Source: Lophium mytilinum (Eukaryota). Taken from it: DNA of 64,000 nucleotides. This document shows positions 44,458 through 56,648 of this stretch, in pieces. The stretch's first letter is position 1; each line of letters opens with the position of its first letter. The stretch covers positions 202,391-266,390 of the forward strand of contig MU004203.1 of assembly GCA_010093605.1 (NCBI GenBank), given 5' to 3'. A program made the position numbers and the translations under genes. The notes beneath the pieces were generated by a model. The model saw only the letters and a program-made list of their open reading frames with translations. It had not been told where the DNA came from and made no database searches.

Positions 44458-47235
44458 CTACAACTCCGCCTCCTCCTCCTCATCCACCTGCTTCTCAGTC
44501 CAAGACTTCGGCAGCTCGGCCTCGGCCTCCCCCTCATCCACCTTCCCATCCGACCAATCCACCTCATCCTCAACATACTCCTCAATCACACGGCTCGACA
44601 TCGCCGCTTCCTCAACCACCGGCTCGGTCTCCTGAATAGCAGCAGCAGCCGCAGCCTCAGCCTCAAGCTCCGCACGGATCTGAAGGATAGCAACAGGCCT
44701 TGTATCGCGCTGCGCGCCATACATGTTCAGCAGCCCCACCACCCCGGCTTCCTGAGCAATCCGCACGGCGCGCGCGTTCACGCGTGCTATAGCTTCGGGG
44801 GAGAGGCCCTCGGTAGTGGGGATGGGATCGACTGCGGTAGCATTAGTAGCGGTAGTAGTAGAAGTAGTGGTTGTCTCCTGAACAGTCTCAGCAATGACAG
44901 CAGTCTCATTTTCCGTTGCGGTCGCAACCACGGCGGTAGAGGTAGTTTGTTCGACATTCACCTCCACCTCACCAGCATTCACAGCAGTAGGCTCGGTCTC
45001 AGCCTCGACAGGCGGCATCCACCCATCGTACGACTCATCCGGCACCTCGCCCTGCTGATAGTAGTACCCGAAGTGCGTCCAGTGCTGCTCCATCTCAGCG
45101 CGCGTGCGGTTTTTCTGCTTGAGCTCGGGCACTTCCTGGCGGCGGCGCTTGTTCAGCGCGTCGGCTAGTTTAGTGAAGTGCTCGTAGGCGTAGGCGTCCT
45201 CCTCGTTGAGCTCCTTGAGGATGCGGCGCTCGGCGAGGTGGAAGGAGATGCTGTAGTCGCGCGCAGCCTCCGGGATAGGAGTGGTAGGGCGGGGCGGTGA
45301 GGGGGTGGTGCGGCGGGGAGAGGATGAAGAGGGGAAATCGGAGGCGGAGATGCCAGCGAGGGCGAGGAGTTCATCTCCTTGGGATGAGGTGGCGGGAGAG
45401 GCGGGGGTGGCTGCGTCGCTATCCTGTTGAGACACATCAGCTGTCTGAGTAGTGTTTTCTTGAGGTGTATCTTCGTCCTCGGCGTCTCTCATAATGAGGT
45501 CGCCTGAGATATCGAAGTTGGGATCTCGGTACTGCTCCTCGAACTTGTCGAACTCGGCGCCCAAAGCTTTGTATTGAACGTTCTTGTACTTTTTCACTTC
45601 GGCAGCAGACATGTTCTTCTTCTTACAGTCGTTGAACGCTCGCATGACCTGCTGCCAATTGAGCCTCCTCGCCACCTTTGAGATTTTACCTGATTCAGCT
45701 ATGGATTTCGCGGCCTTGGCGACAAGTTGTGTCTGGACGTGTTTCTTCATTAGAAGGCGGTCTTCGGGGGAGAATGCTGACTCTGGAGCTAGAGCTTCCT
45801 CTTTTTCTTCTTCTTCAGGTTCAGCTTCTTTTTTCTCTTCCTCGTGTTCAGGAGGAGCTGGAGTGCTCTTCCTTTTGGCTCGCTTCACCTTGGGCTTATC
45901 TTCATCGTCGCCGTTGTCTTGGTCGCTGCAATTCGACTCGATCTTCCGCTTCTTACCCTTCTTATTGTCGTTTGGTCGCTTCTTGATCTTGGGTGCCTGG
46001 CCTACATTATACGCCTCCTGGTTCTCGAGGTACTCTGCCCGAATCGACTCGAGCGTACGAGGGCAGCGTCGGATAGCATCCGGCTCCACAACTTGTGTTT
46101 CCTCCGGATCGTCTGAATTGGCATTTCCGACGTATCCTCCGGTGATGTTGTTCACAAAGTGGTAGTTCCACCGCTCAGCGGCTTCCCTCATCGACATCTC
46201 GGGATACATCTCGAACAGGAGTGCCAGGATCTTGCGTTCGTACTCCGTCCAAGGTGCATCACAGCAGATACGCTCGATATTCGTCTTCCGACGATCGTTA
46301 ATGACCTTGATAGTTCTGTTGTCGTTGTAGTTCAGGGGAGCACCCCAGGTCCAGTACATAGGCTGGCGTTTCGGTTTCTTGGTCTTCGGATCGACCCGCA
46401 TATCGATGAGCTTGAGAGGTAGTTTATCTGATTGATCGATACCGTTCTTCTCAAAGCGAGATCGGCGATCTTCCCAAAGCTCGGGGTTCGTTTGGCCGTT
46501 AGTGCTTATAGCAGGAGGTGAGCCTGTATGAGCGTTGGGGGACTCTCCTTCGGGGGGCATGGGGTAAGTGCCCCAGCCACAGCCTTCGGTATACGAAGGG
46601 ACTGGTAGCTCTTCAACGGCGGCTTGAGCTGCTTTATAGTCACTGAATAGCGCTGCGGATTTAGATTTCAGGGCCTTTGAAGGGGTTGTGGTCGTTGGCT
46701 CTTCCGCTTCGGATCCAGATGAAGTGTCGTCTTGGATCCGGTTGACGGGTGCCGATGCGGAGGCCACGGGTACACTGAGTACTAGCTTATTGGTTTCCGG
46801 CTCAGCAGTTGTTAGTTCTGCAGGAAGAGTGCCGGAGGCTGGCTGATCAGACTCGGGCTCCTCATGTGGGGTTTCTCCGTCATTAAGGACGGCAGGTACG
46901 CCAGAGGCATCTGAAGTAGTAGCTCGTTCATTGCTCGCTGACTCTGGATCGGACTGTTGATTGCTGAGTTCCTCATTCAGTATTCCAGTCGCGGGCACGT
47001 TACTTTGCTGACTATCAGGAACCCCCGCGGAAGCTTGAGGAGCGGGGTGATTGACAGCTGTCCATCCAGAGGGATGGGTAGAGGGCGTAGGGTTGATCGA
47101 TGCAGCTGGCAAAGGAGGAGAGGCGCGCGGAGTTTGAGGGGTTGCACTACTCTTCAAAGCCTCTTGAGTCCCAAACACAAGAGACAGCCCTGGGATAGAA
47201 AAACCTGCGGGCGGAGTCTGGTTTCCGTCAGCCAT
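44458..47235 (-). CDS. Hypothetical protein with three Myb/SANT-like repeats, orphan family B copy 2
   Basis: 925-aa ORF. LKLIDMRVDPKTKKP domain plus three repeats (WTEYERKIL...WN...RTLESIRAEY...YNVGQAP; FSPEDRLL...; FHLAERRIL...LN...RTRAEM...YQQGEVP). Basic NLS-like stretch. Confidence 0.78.
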   Translation of the reverse strand: MADGNQTPPAGFSIPGLSLVFGTQEALKSSATPQTPRASPPLPAASINPTPSTHPSGWTAVNHPAPQASAGVPDSQQSNVPATGILNEELSNQQSDPESASNERATTSDASGVPAVLNDGETPHEEPESDQPASGTLPAELTTAEPETNKLVLSVPVASASAPVNRIQDDTSSGSEAEEPTTTTPSKALKSKSAALFSDYKAAQAAVEELPVPSYTEGCGWGTYPMPPEGESPNAHTGSPPAISTNGQTNPELWEDRRSRFEKNGIDQSDKLPLKLIDMRVDPKTKKPKRQPMYWTWGAPLNYNDNRTIKVINDRRKTNIERICCDAPWTEYERKILALLFEMYPEMSMREAAERWNYHFVNNITGGYVGNANSDDPEETQVVEPDAIRRCPRTLESIRAEYLENQEAYNVGQAPKIKKRPNDNKKGKKRKIESNCSDQDNGDDEDKPKVKRAKRKSTPAPPEHEEEKKEAEPEEEEKEEALAPESAFSPEDRLLMKKHVQTQLVAKAAKSIAESGKISKVARRLNWQQVMRAFNDCKKKNMSAAEVKKYKNVQYKALGAEFDKFEEQYRDPNFDISGDLIMRDAEDEDTPQENTTQTADVSQQDSDAATPASPATSSQGDELLALAGISASDFPSSSSPRRTTPSPPRPTTPIPEAARDYSISFHLAERRILKELNEEDAYAYEHFTKLADALNKRRRQEVPELKQKNRTRAEMEQHWTHFGYYYQQGEVPDESYDGWMPPVEAETEPTAVNAGEVEVNVEQTTSTAVVATATENETAVIAETVQETTTTSTTTATNATAVDPIPTTEGLSPEAIARVNARAVRIAQEAGVVGLLNMYGAQRDTRPVAILQIRAELEAEAAAAAAIQETEPVVEEAAMSSRVIEEYVEDEVDWSDGKVDEGEAEAELPKSWTEKQVDEEEEAEL

Positions 47236-48822
47236 CTTAATGAGCAATCGCTTACCGTGGGCTATACGAAGGGGCTATTTGCTTCTACGCTGTATATATC
47301 GAGTCAAATATGGTAATATATTCGGATTTCTGTAGCGTCTTGGAGATGGAGAATGATGCAAATAGGAAGCGTGGAAAATCTGTACTTATGTCGCCGTGCG
47401 TTGTCAAAGGAAAACTTGAATATTGCTAGAGGTTGCTGGTCGTCAATGGAGAAAGTCTTGAGAGTTTTACAATGCTGTTGTCGACGGATTTGGATATTCG
47501 AGCTTCGTGGGTCAAGAACATTGGAACAAAGACGACGGCGACCGAGGACAATAGATGGCTACGAATTGAAAAGACAATAGAACAAAGAGAACAAAGGAGC
47601 TTCGAGTGGATACCCATGAATAATCGCTGCTCATGTCTTGATGAGTGGACGTCATGTTTAGCTGATTGAAGTGGCGGAAGACGGATGATTGGAAGATATG
47701 ACTCTGGAAGGTCGGAGAAGCTGATACTTGCGCAACAAGCGCTGTCCTTTGTGATCGTTTTAAAGTGATGGATCGATTATCAATCTTGCTGAACTGGTTA
47801 TGCAACCACTGGAGTGCAGCTCCTGTCCCGTGTTGATATACCATTCCACACTGAAGTCTAAAAACTTGAAAAGGCATCTGCGAAATTGACCACACCCAGT
47901 CAATGGAACCATGTTAGGACGCTCTCATCAACGACTTCATAACGCTCTCTCGCACCCCATTATCAGATAGCGCAGCCTCGTCAGCGTGAAAATAGTCGGG
48001 GGCCTACCCTCATCATTGCCATACCACCCAAACCCCATCAAGAGGAACACCTCCATCCGAACCATCGACAAGAGCTCTGCCTCAAAGAACGCACACCGGT
48101 AGCCAGAGTGTTTAGAAGTAGTTAGGATGACAAAGGCTTGAACAAAGGACGCGCTGGTGGTTGACGAAAACCCCCTAGATCGCATTCGCTCTAGCGTCAC
48201 TATCTCGGTACGCGGCTCAGCGACCAGGGGCACCCCTGTCACGTTTCATTCTTATCCGATCGACAGACACGGCATCCCTCCGGGACGCGAGCGATCAGCA
48301 TCGGTTGCGAGATGAGGTTCTAAAATTGGAAGACCCTGACAATCAGGGTCCCAGATATGTTATGTAAGGGGGTGATCTGATCTATGGAGGATGAGGGGAT
48401 GATCTATGACAGCGGTTGAGCGGTGAACTGGGAAAGGGTATGGAGAGGATAGTGAATGCTAAACAATAGTGGGAGGTTCCCAGTGACTGGTAAGATGATG
48501 AGTAATCTCAAATGGCGCGATGGGTGGAAGAAGATGCACAAAGTATAAACACAAATAGGTGACCGTGGGAATCTCATTCAACGTCCCCATTTTAGATAGC
48601 CACCAGCCCCGCATGGCCAGCTGATTAGATTTATGTATAACCATCGCAGTGCTGTACAACTCCCGACTTGGTTAACCAACAACAAGTCGACAAGCTCCAA
48701 TAAGAATACCGTGCCCTACCAATCCCTAAAGCACCTCAGTACTCATGAAACGCGTGAACAAGAACACCGCCCGCTGCTACTTCCTCATCTTTCTTCCACT
48801 CTTTCAATGCGACGCGCAACGC

Positions 48823-51140
48823 TTACAAACCCGAGTCAATCTGATCCGGGATGTTGTTGTTCGTGAACGCGTCCCAAGTCTTGCAGCCGTCGAAGTTGTC
48901 CGAGTCTAGCTTGAATGCCTTGATCTGCTCCTTCTGCTCCAACACGTTGATGTACAAGCCACCAGACACGTGCCACGCGAGATGGCAATGGAACGGCCAC
49001 ACACCAGCATTATCCTGCTCCCATTGGAAGACGGCGTATGAAGGCGTGTCAGCGTCCTGTGCGTTCTGGAGGATGTGGGTATCACGACGAGTAGGGTTAG
49101 CCTGGTTAACGATCTTGCCATCCCAGTCACCGAAACCCTCGGCGAGGACCTGGAAGTCATGACCGTGAAGATGCATGGGGTGACCGCCAAGGAGGCCGTG
49201 GTTCTTGAAGATCATGCGGACCGAGGAGTTGGAGCCAAAGTCGTGCACGTTCCTAGAGACAGGTTAGCACGAAATTAGCAGACAGAAGGATGAAGGACTT
49301 ACCACTTGGGCTCGAAGGTGTCGTTGCCCTGGTTGACCTGCAGAAGGATAGGTGCGTTGTAGTCACCGCGGAAGGTGCTGTTGTTCATGAACCAGACGAA
49401 GTTGGTTCCGTTGGACGCGAAGGTGATGTCAACCTGCTCGGTAGTGGCCGGGGTGGCAGCGATGCCGATCGGGCAGTAGGGCTCGGTGGTGTTAAGAGCG
49501 TCGTTCTTGCAGACAGCGAGTTGGTCGGCGGTGACGTCGGACTTGGTGTCAGGAAGAGTAGTATCATCAGCATCCTCGTAGTAGACGGCAGCGACAGCGT
49601 TCGGGGAAACACCGTCGTTCAAGGTGCAGCGGTTCGTTCCGAGCTGAGAACGCATCCAGTAGACGTCAGACGGCTTTCCAATGGCCTCAACGATGATATC
49701 AGCGCGCTGGGCAACACCGAGAGTGACGACGTTGGTGGTGTACGGCTTGCAGGGGACGAAGTCGTTGGCAATGACAGTCAGAGTGTGGTTGTCGATGCTG
49801 AACTTCTCAGTGCCCTCAGCAGAGGTGTTGATGACGCGGAGGAGATGCTTTTTGCCAGACTGGAACCTGAACTTGGAGATACCGGCATTTGGTGTGCAAG
49901 GAAGGGTAGTATTTTCACAAGGGTAGTTCATCTTTCCGTTGATCAAGTTGTTGTTGGACGGCGGGAAGTTAGCAGCCATGGTCTGGTTGATCAGGGTGAA
50001 GTAATCCTGGTGGAAGTGATCAGAGACAAGGACTGGGCCAATATCAATATCATACTCCTGGGTACGGGGCCCGTGGATAACAACAGGGCCAAGAGCTCCA
50101 CCAGCATACTGAGCGCTGTAATGGCTGTGATACCAGGAAGAACCGTAACGGTCGGCACGGAATGTCAGGGTGAAAGTCTTAGTAGGGGCAACAGGGCACT
50201 GAGCAACAGCTGGAACACCATCGTACCAGGGGGTATCCTTCTGGGTAAGGCCGTGGAAATGGATGGCAGTTCCCTCGTTGGGGAGGTCGTTAGTAACCTT
50301 GACCTCGATGCTGGGTACCTGTTAGTCCGTGCGTTACAAAGGTAACAAGATGCCGAATACTCACAAATCACCCCAGTTAGCCTCAACGAGAGGGCCCGGG
50401 TATTGGCCGTTGACAACGAGGCCGTTCTTCTTCACACCGTCGGGTGCAATGGTCTGGTAAGAAACATGGAAATCGTAAGATCGCGTTACACCAGTGTCCG
50501 GCATTTTACCACAGGCAGAAGCTGGCGTTGATGATGGGGTAACTGAAGTGCCCGCAGAGACGGTTCCAGTGCCGGTGGCGACGCTGGAAGCGGTGCCAGT
50601 CGCAGTTGGGAACGGAGGAAGAGTGGAGGTCGCCTCGCCACTGCATGGCAGGCTGCCAGGCAGATGCGGGTAACCGATTAAACCCCACGGAGAGTTACCG
50701 TTGGTGTCGGACTGGGGGAGCGATGGCACCAGAGAAGAGCAGCCCACAGGCACCCAAGCGGGGGCCACATAAGAGGCCGCGGCCTTACCACCATAGGGGA
50801 ATGGAGGAGTTGGCTTTGGTCCTGGGGAGGTTTGACCAGCAGTTGGCAGACCCGGCCAGTGGAATGGCAGGGAAGATGTGTCGTACGGGTTGTCGTAAGG
50901 TCCGTTGGGGTTCGTGCAGACAGGCGTCGGGAGCGAGGCTAACGAGTCTGTGCAAGGGCACACAGTAACGGTCTCGTACACCCACTGAGTTGTCGCAGAG
51001 ATGGTGCCATAGATACCAGTGGAGTTGTAATGAGGAGCGGGAGCTCCACTGGGAAGTCCAGTGGAAGCATGCTTCAAGACCGACGTGACCGTGACAGCAG
51101 CTGAGTACGCCGCAGCGTAGTAAGGAGCGGCAGCCACCAT
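48823..51140 (-). CDS. Multicopper oxidase (ascomycete laccase, AA1), 3 exons
   Basis: Introns 50311-50364 and 49253-49302. Cu motifs [21 protein letters not shown] and [16 protein letters not shown]-terminal DSGL plug. Confidence 0.93.
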
Positions 51141-54100
51141 AATGAATTGGAGGCGATTAAAAGAATGTAGACCAATTAAGATAGATCAAATAAAAAACTA
51201 AACCACAGTAAACGAGTGTAGGGCTTCACAAGGGAAGAATCAACATGTGCAGAGACAATGAGCAGGAATGCGCAGGTTTTAAGAGAGAGCTTGATTATCA
51301 CCGGATCGGCAGTGCTGGCACTGTCCACATTTCTGAATCAGCCCGTATTCTGGTTCCTGCATTAGCCCAGTCAAGGCAGCCTGCGTAAGGCAGGGCGCGG
51401 GTGGTAATGCCCTAGACGGATCCAGCGCACCGGCCGCTCGCAATTGGATGTTCCCCAGACAAAAGCGGGAGAGTTCTCGCGAGGGCGCGATGCTGCGCAG
51501 GACGCTGAAACGGTCGACGTGAGCATGCACCACTCGCTGACAGCCGGTTGACAGCGCCGAGAATGTTGGCGTCAACACACTCGTAAAGGGGCGGTGGGAA
51601 ATTTGGCTGGTAAGCCACCACCGTTGGATAGCCCGCTTCCATCCGATCTTGCGGGCGATCGGCTGAGCTGTGCGTCGTCTTTGGGTGACTGAAGCCTGGC
51701 CTGGAGACATGACCTTGACTCCTGCAGCCATGAGCCCGCAGATACTTTTGGGTGCAGAAGATTCTTGGAGACGCCGAGTCCCACGGTGACAGCCTCTCGT
51801 CACATTTCTCCTCTTACGCCTCACGCTGCCCTACTCGGAGCCCCTAGCAGCCGTAATGAGAACAATAGCGCTGGCATGACGGAGCGTGGGCCAGATGAGT
51901 GCATGCAGCAGAGCGAGTCGAGGGCGGGTCAGCGCTAAACAGGAGCGGCGCGAAAGTCCTCTTCAGACAGGGCAGACAGGGCTCGTCAGGAAAGGGAAAG
52001 CGATGTTTTGTCGTCTCGCGTCTGTGCCGTGAGGGGAGCCGGAGGGCCGTGCAGCGTGGTGTCGTGGGAGGCATGGGAGGGCGGCCGGTGTGTGAATAAG
52101 GTAGCCAAGCTTTGCAGCACGGGCCGTGATGGGAGACGGCACGCTCAGGGGCACACCCGCTTTAGGGGCCCATCCCTCGGCCTTGCATGCCGCCATGCCC
52201 CCTTCGTCCTCGCAACACGATCGCTAAACCGCTGTCTGCATCCTCCCGGGCAGATTAGTGGGAGGGTAATCGCTGAGCCCTACGGTGCAGATGCTGGCAA
52301 TGCATCTGACAGGAACCGAAGCGCTGAGCCCAAGACGCCTTTGCTGTGTCGTTGACTCCCAGGCTGTGGAGCTCTGGGGAATTGTCACGTTCAACTAACT
52401 CAGCCACATCGTGATGGCTGAATCTTCGCCGTGTGGCGGAATGGGGTAGCGTGAAGCCACGGAAAAGCCTCGGAGGCATTCTTGACATCAAAGGCACCGT
52501 CAGAGACAACCGCTTGGCGCTAACAACACCGGCGAAAGTCAACAGCGCTCCAAGAGATGGCTCATCTTCTCCTGAATCTGGGCTGGATAGCAGGATTGAC
52601 GGTGTGTCAGGCGATACGAAGTTGCAGCAGACTGGGCAGCGGAGAGAGTGGTGCGATGATGGGGGCCTTAACACGGCCGCTGGAATTCCGAATTCCTGGA
52701 GGACCCTCAGGAGCCTCCTCCACTCAGCGATCGAGGGGTGGATTCTTTGCGCGCGACAAAAGGCTCGCACTAACAGGCCACCTTTGGGGGCCATCTGCAC
52801 AGATCCCCTGGCACGCCTAGCAAATTTCAGCCTCGTGGCGCTAGGTCGTCCATGGTATGCACCCCTAACCACATCTAGAAATCGCTCTTCACTGATCTCA
52901 CGCTTGGGAGGTCTACGTAATGATGTCCACCGAGATCTGCCGTCGATACTTTTAAATAGCGCGAGGATGTGGGCAAGGTCTGGATCGTGACTTTAATTAG
53001 TGGTCTCAGGCATTTGTCAGTGTCTGCGCAAGAAGAAGGAGGAAACGGTATGAAGGTAACTATGCAAACATTCCTTTTGCCAAGCACAAGAAATATACGA
53101 GGAGTGCTTTCACCATTCTGAGAGGGCGTGCGCCGGATCGACCAATCAGTCCCGACAAACATAAGCCAACGATCCCAGCCGCCAGGCGCCCGTCAGCCGT
53201 CACTCGTTACCCATGCACGTTGCCGAATCCCCGCTGACAGCACTGTCGCACGCCTGGTGCCTGGAACCGAGCCCATACACCAAGCCACCGGTGTCATGCT
53301 CCGAAAAGAATGATTTGTTGCAATACTCAATAGTTTCTCCGCGCATCAGCATGCTTGAATAATGCAAAGGGGACGCCCGACACATTCCCCACACTGACTT
53401 CACAGTGAATCGACAGCCGAGTCGCTGCTGCCAATACTCCAACTCATTTTTTTTTTCAATCCCAGGAATCACGCTTCTGATAATACCAGACTCTCATATT
53501 CGCGTCCATTCTTCTTGTCATCAGGCTTGTTTTCTTAAGGTTTGCTGATTGAGCAAAGAATCCTTGATGCTGGATTGTCTACAGTCAACTTTCCTTTTTC
53601 AAACCCTTTTAACTGGTTGCTCGAAACGTCTCTTGCCCTCAAGTCGCCAACTCTAGAGCACGTTACCGTCCTCTTGGACTGGATCCACACTGATAGCTTC
53701 CTCATCGGAAGGGGAGTTGTTATCCAATTGCTTTGGATTCTCCTTATCGAGTTATTACTGAAGCGGCGACTCGAAAGGCCTTTTGCAATCGCTGGACTCA
53801 AGCTCCTCGAAATAGATCAGAGTCGATGCTTCCGCTTAAAGACAGACACGAGTATACTCCTCAAGCGACCTCCAGAAGCGTTGCATATTTGACTGGTCTT
53901 CGATATCGCACAGAGCAGAACTGTCAAAGAAAACTGAGAAACCGTACTCAGATGAAAGTCTCAATGACAGCATCGATATTGCCTTTTTGAACGGACCTTT
54001 TCCGACACGTAGTTACTTATGCCGCCTAGACGCTATCCAACCATCTGGTATGTGAAATCCGTGAGTGTCGAAACGCGGCTCGATCCAATCCCAACCTTTG

Positions 54101-55119
54101 GAGATCCCATTAGCGGCATTGATTAAAGACGGAACCGCTATCAGACCAGGGGCTACAAGCGCAATGCATCGTCGAGATGAAGACTCCACTCAGTTGTGGA
54201 TTACAAACAATGGTCACGCAAAGAATAAAGGCGTGGAAAAAACTTGGATTGCCTCACTCGATTACCTTCCAATATGCGATCTTGCAATTTGAGCATCTTG
54301 TGTAGCTCTGGGCCGATCAGCTTCTTATTTACGCTTGGTCTTGTATAATTGAGTACCCTAAGACAGGTAAGGACAGCCTTCTCCAATGCTCGAAATGGTG
54401 CTCGCGAATGTCTCGATTTTGCCCACTACGCAGCAACGTCGCTCTTGAGCGCATGGTGGCAGAACTACAATATCAGCCATCTAAAAGGACCAATGATGTC
54501 TCATCGAGACTGTGAATAAGACGCTCTTAGTCAGTAGTAATACCATCACGCCATCGATGATGAACGACGACTTATATCGAAGTAGAAAACGCCGCAGACG
54601 CGCGAGATTGCCAGTTGAGGGCATTGTGATCTCAAGACGTGCGAATGATATCATAGACAGCCGTTTCTACACTTTCTTAGTAGGTACGGTTTCATATCGC
54701 GTTGGGCTTGTAGGGCGAAATGGTGCGAAAAGCGAAGTTGCACTGCCCCCCACTCGGCAAGCTGACCCCTGCCTTCTTTCCAGGTGTCACCGCCTCCTCA
54801 CCACTCATCTACTCCCGTCCTACACCAAAAGACGCAGCTAAAGGGCGGCGAGATGCAAAAGCGGAAATAGGTCGATCCTGATTATCTGACTAACACAGCC
54901 TCGTTCAACACACAACCTTTATTAACGAATCCCGCTACCATAAAGATACTTATACTCCTCTTCCTACAGCTGCTCCAGAACGATTCCACCTCGCATCTAG
55001 ATCCCGCCGTTCCCCTCAAAGACCCTCACCTCGCAAACTTATCTCGCCAATATCTCCACCTCTCCATCGCAACACAACACCCACATCACCCCCCCACAAA
55101 ACCGCCCCCAAACCCCACC

Positions 55120-55458
55120 ATGCCCGCCCCCACCGTCCTCTCCGCCTTCATGTCCCTCACCCCCACCGAGCCCGTCCTCGTCTTCGCCTCCAACACCGAC
55201 GCCGAGACCTTCCAATCCCGCTGCCGCCAAGGCCGCATCCTGAGCGCCCAGTCCGGCCGCTGGGTCTACCTCCCGCTGCCCGCGGGGCTGCAGCGCGTGC
55301 GTACCGCGCGAGGCGGCGATGTGGCGTTTGAGTTTGACTCGAACCGGAATGCGGCTGCGTGGAATCTGAGTATTGGGGAGGTGGGCAAGATTTATGCGAG
55401 CTCGAAGGAGAAGCCTAGGTTTGATCAGGGGGTTTATTTGGGGAGGGTGTGGAAGTAG
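55120..55458 (+). CDS. Small hypothetical protein (112 aa)
   Basis: Strong start context (CCACCATG), coding-like codon bias and globular-looking sequence. No recognised motif. Confidence 0.65.
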   Translation: MPAPTVLSAFMSLTPTEPVLVFASNTDAETFQSRCRQGRILSAQSGRWVYLPLPAGLQRVRTARGGDVAFEFDSNRNAAAWNLSIGEVGKIYASSKEKPRFDQGVYLGRVWK

Positions 55459-55644
55459 GGGAGGGCTTGTTTAGGAGGAACTGTATGTTCAATGGTCTTA
55501 AGTTGAGTGGGTGGTTAGGATTGCTTGGATGTTTTGAGGGGTGGTGACTATAAACCGATGTTTAACGCCGTCGGTACTTTACAATTCTATGAATATAAGG
55601 AAGATCAATCCTTGTTCTATACAATGAGTTAAACTCTTACGCTA

Positions 55645-55750
55645 TACTCCCATTACTCCCATTACTCCCATTACTCCCATTACTCCCATTACTCCCATTA
55701 CTCCCATTACTCCCATTACTCCCATTACTCCCATTACTCCCATTACTCCC
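55645..55750. repeat. Perfect 9-mer tandem repeat (TACTCCCAT)n, ~11.8 copies
   Basis: Directly visible. Confidence 0.95.
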
Positions 55751-56648
55751 CTCTGCTCTGTTCTTTCTACCTTCTCCTGGTATGCACGCCAAGTACCCAG
55801 CCCAAAAGTAATTTCAGTGATCGATTTATATCATTCAACAGGATATAGAGGGATGATTAAGCGACCTATTAATCCTTTCAAGGTTATGAAGATAATCCGT
55901 ACTTATCACGTGCGTGTTAACGAAACAATTGGGTGGAAGGCGATCTCCGGCAGTTTGCGGGACCACAGAAACATCCCCGATCTGGATCATCGTGATTCGC
56001 AGTCGCGCATCAACATAGTACGGAGATCATGCAGATCAGATTTGTGTTCGGGCTCTCTGAAAAATATTCTCTGCCCACACGAAGTGGTAGCTATCCTAGA
56101 ACCATCGAGAGATACCGATCAAAATATGTACGAGCGGCCGGTCATAATCGCAGTTCCGATAAGTCAACACGTGTTCCGGCAAGTAACGAAAATGGAGCAA
56201 ACCCGAACGTTACTCTTACGAAATCGACATTTCGAGGAAACATCTCACCTATCAACTCTTTATTCATGCTTACCGATATAAATGCATTCTCAAATAGACC
56301 TCGCTAAAGATTTTCGGTGGAGTTTCCGCTGATCACTACCGAGTTTGAAGTGATGCATAGAAGGATTCAGCTCCATCGTCCGGTTTAAGAAAGCTTCCTA
56401 CCTATACGAGATTCGCGAAAGGGGTTCGTCCACTCACATGGCAGACAGTCTTCCAAAGCTAGTATGTCGCTCTGAAGTCCAAAGTTACGAAATATAGCAC
56501 ATGGAGGATTTCGTTACCTACACATGACATCTGCAGGGGATAATGTAGCAAAAACCTGCTGGTAAAGCCATACTCACTCGTTGGACCTGCTTCCTCTCCG
56601 TCGTCGAAACCCCACCATCGCTACTGCATTCCAGCGCTTTCTTATGCC

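Noticed and set aside
49290..50345. 351-aa plus-strand ORF (and similar antisense ORFs such as 4213-4914 and 30009-30728)
   Set aside because: Antisense shadows of real genes with strong codon bias; no independent protein motifs.
55645..55750. CRISPR-like array
   Set aside because: Contiguous 9-mers with no spacers, in a eukaryotic context.
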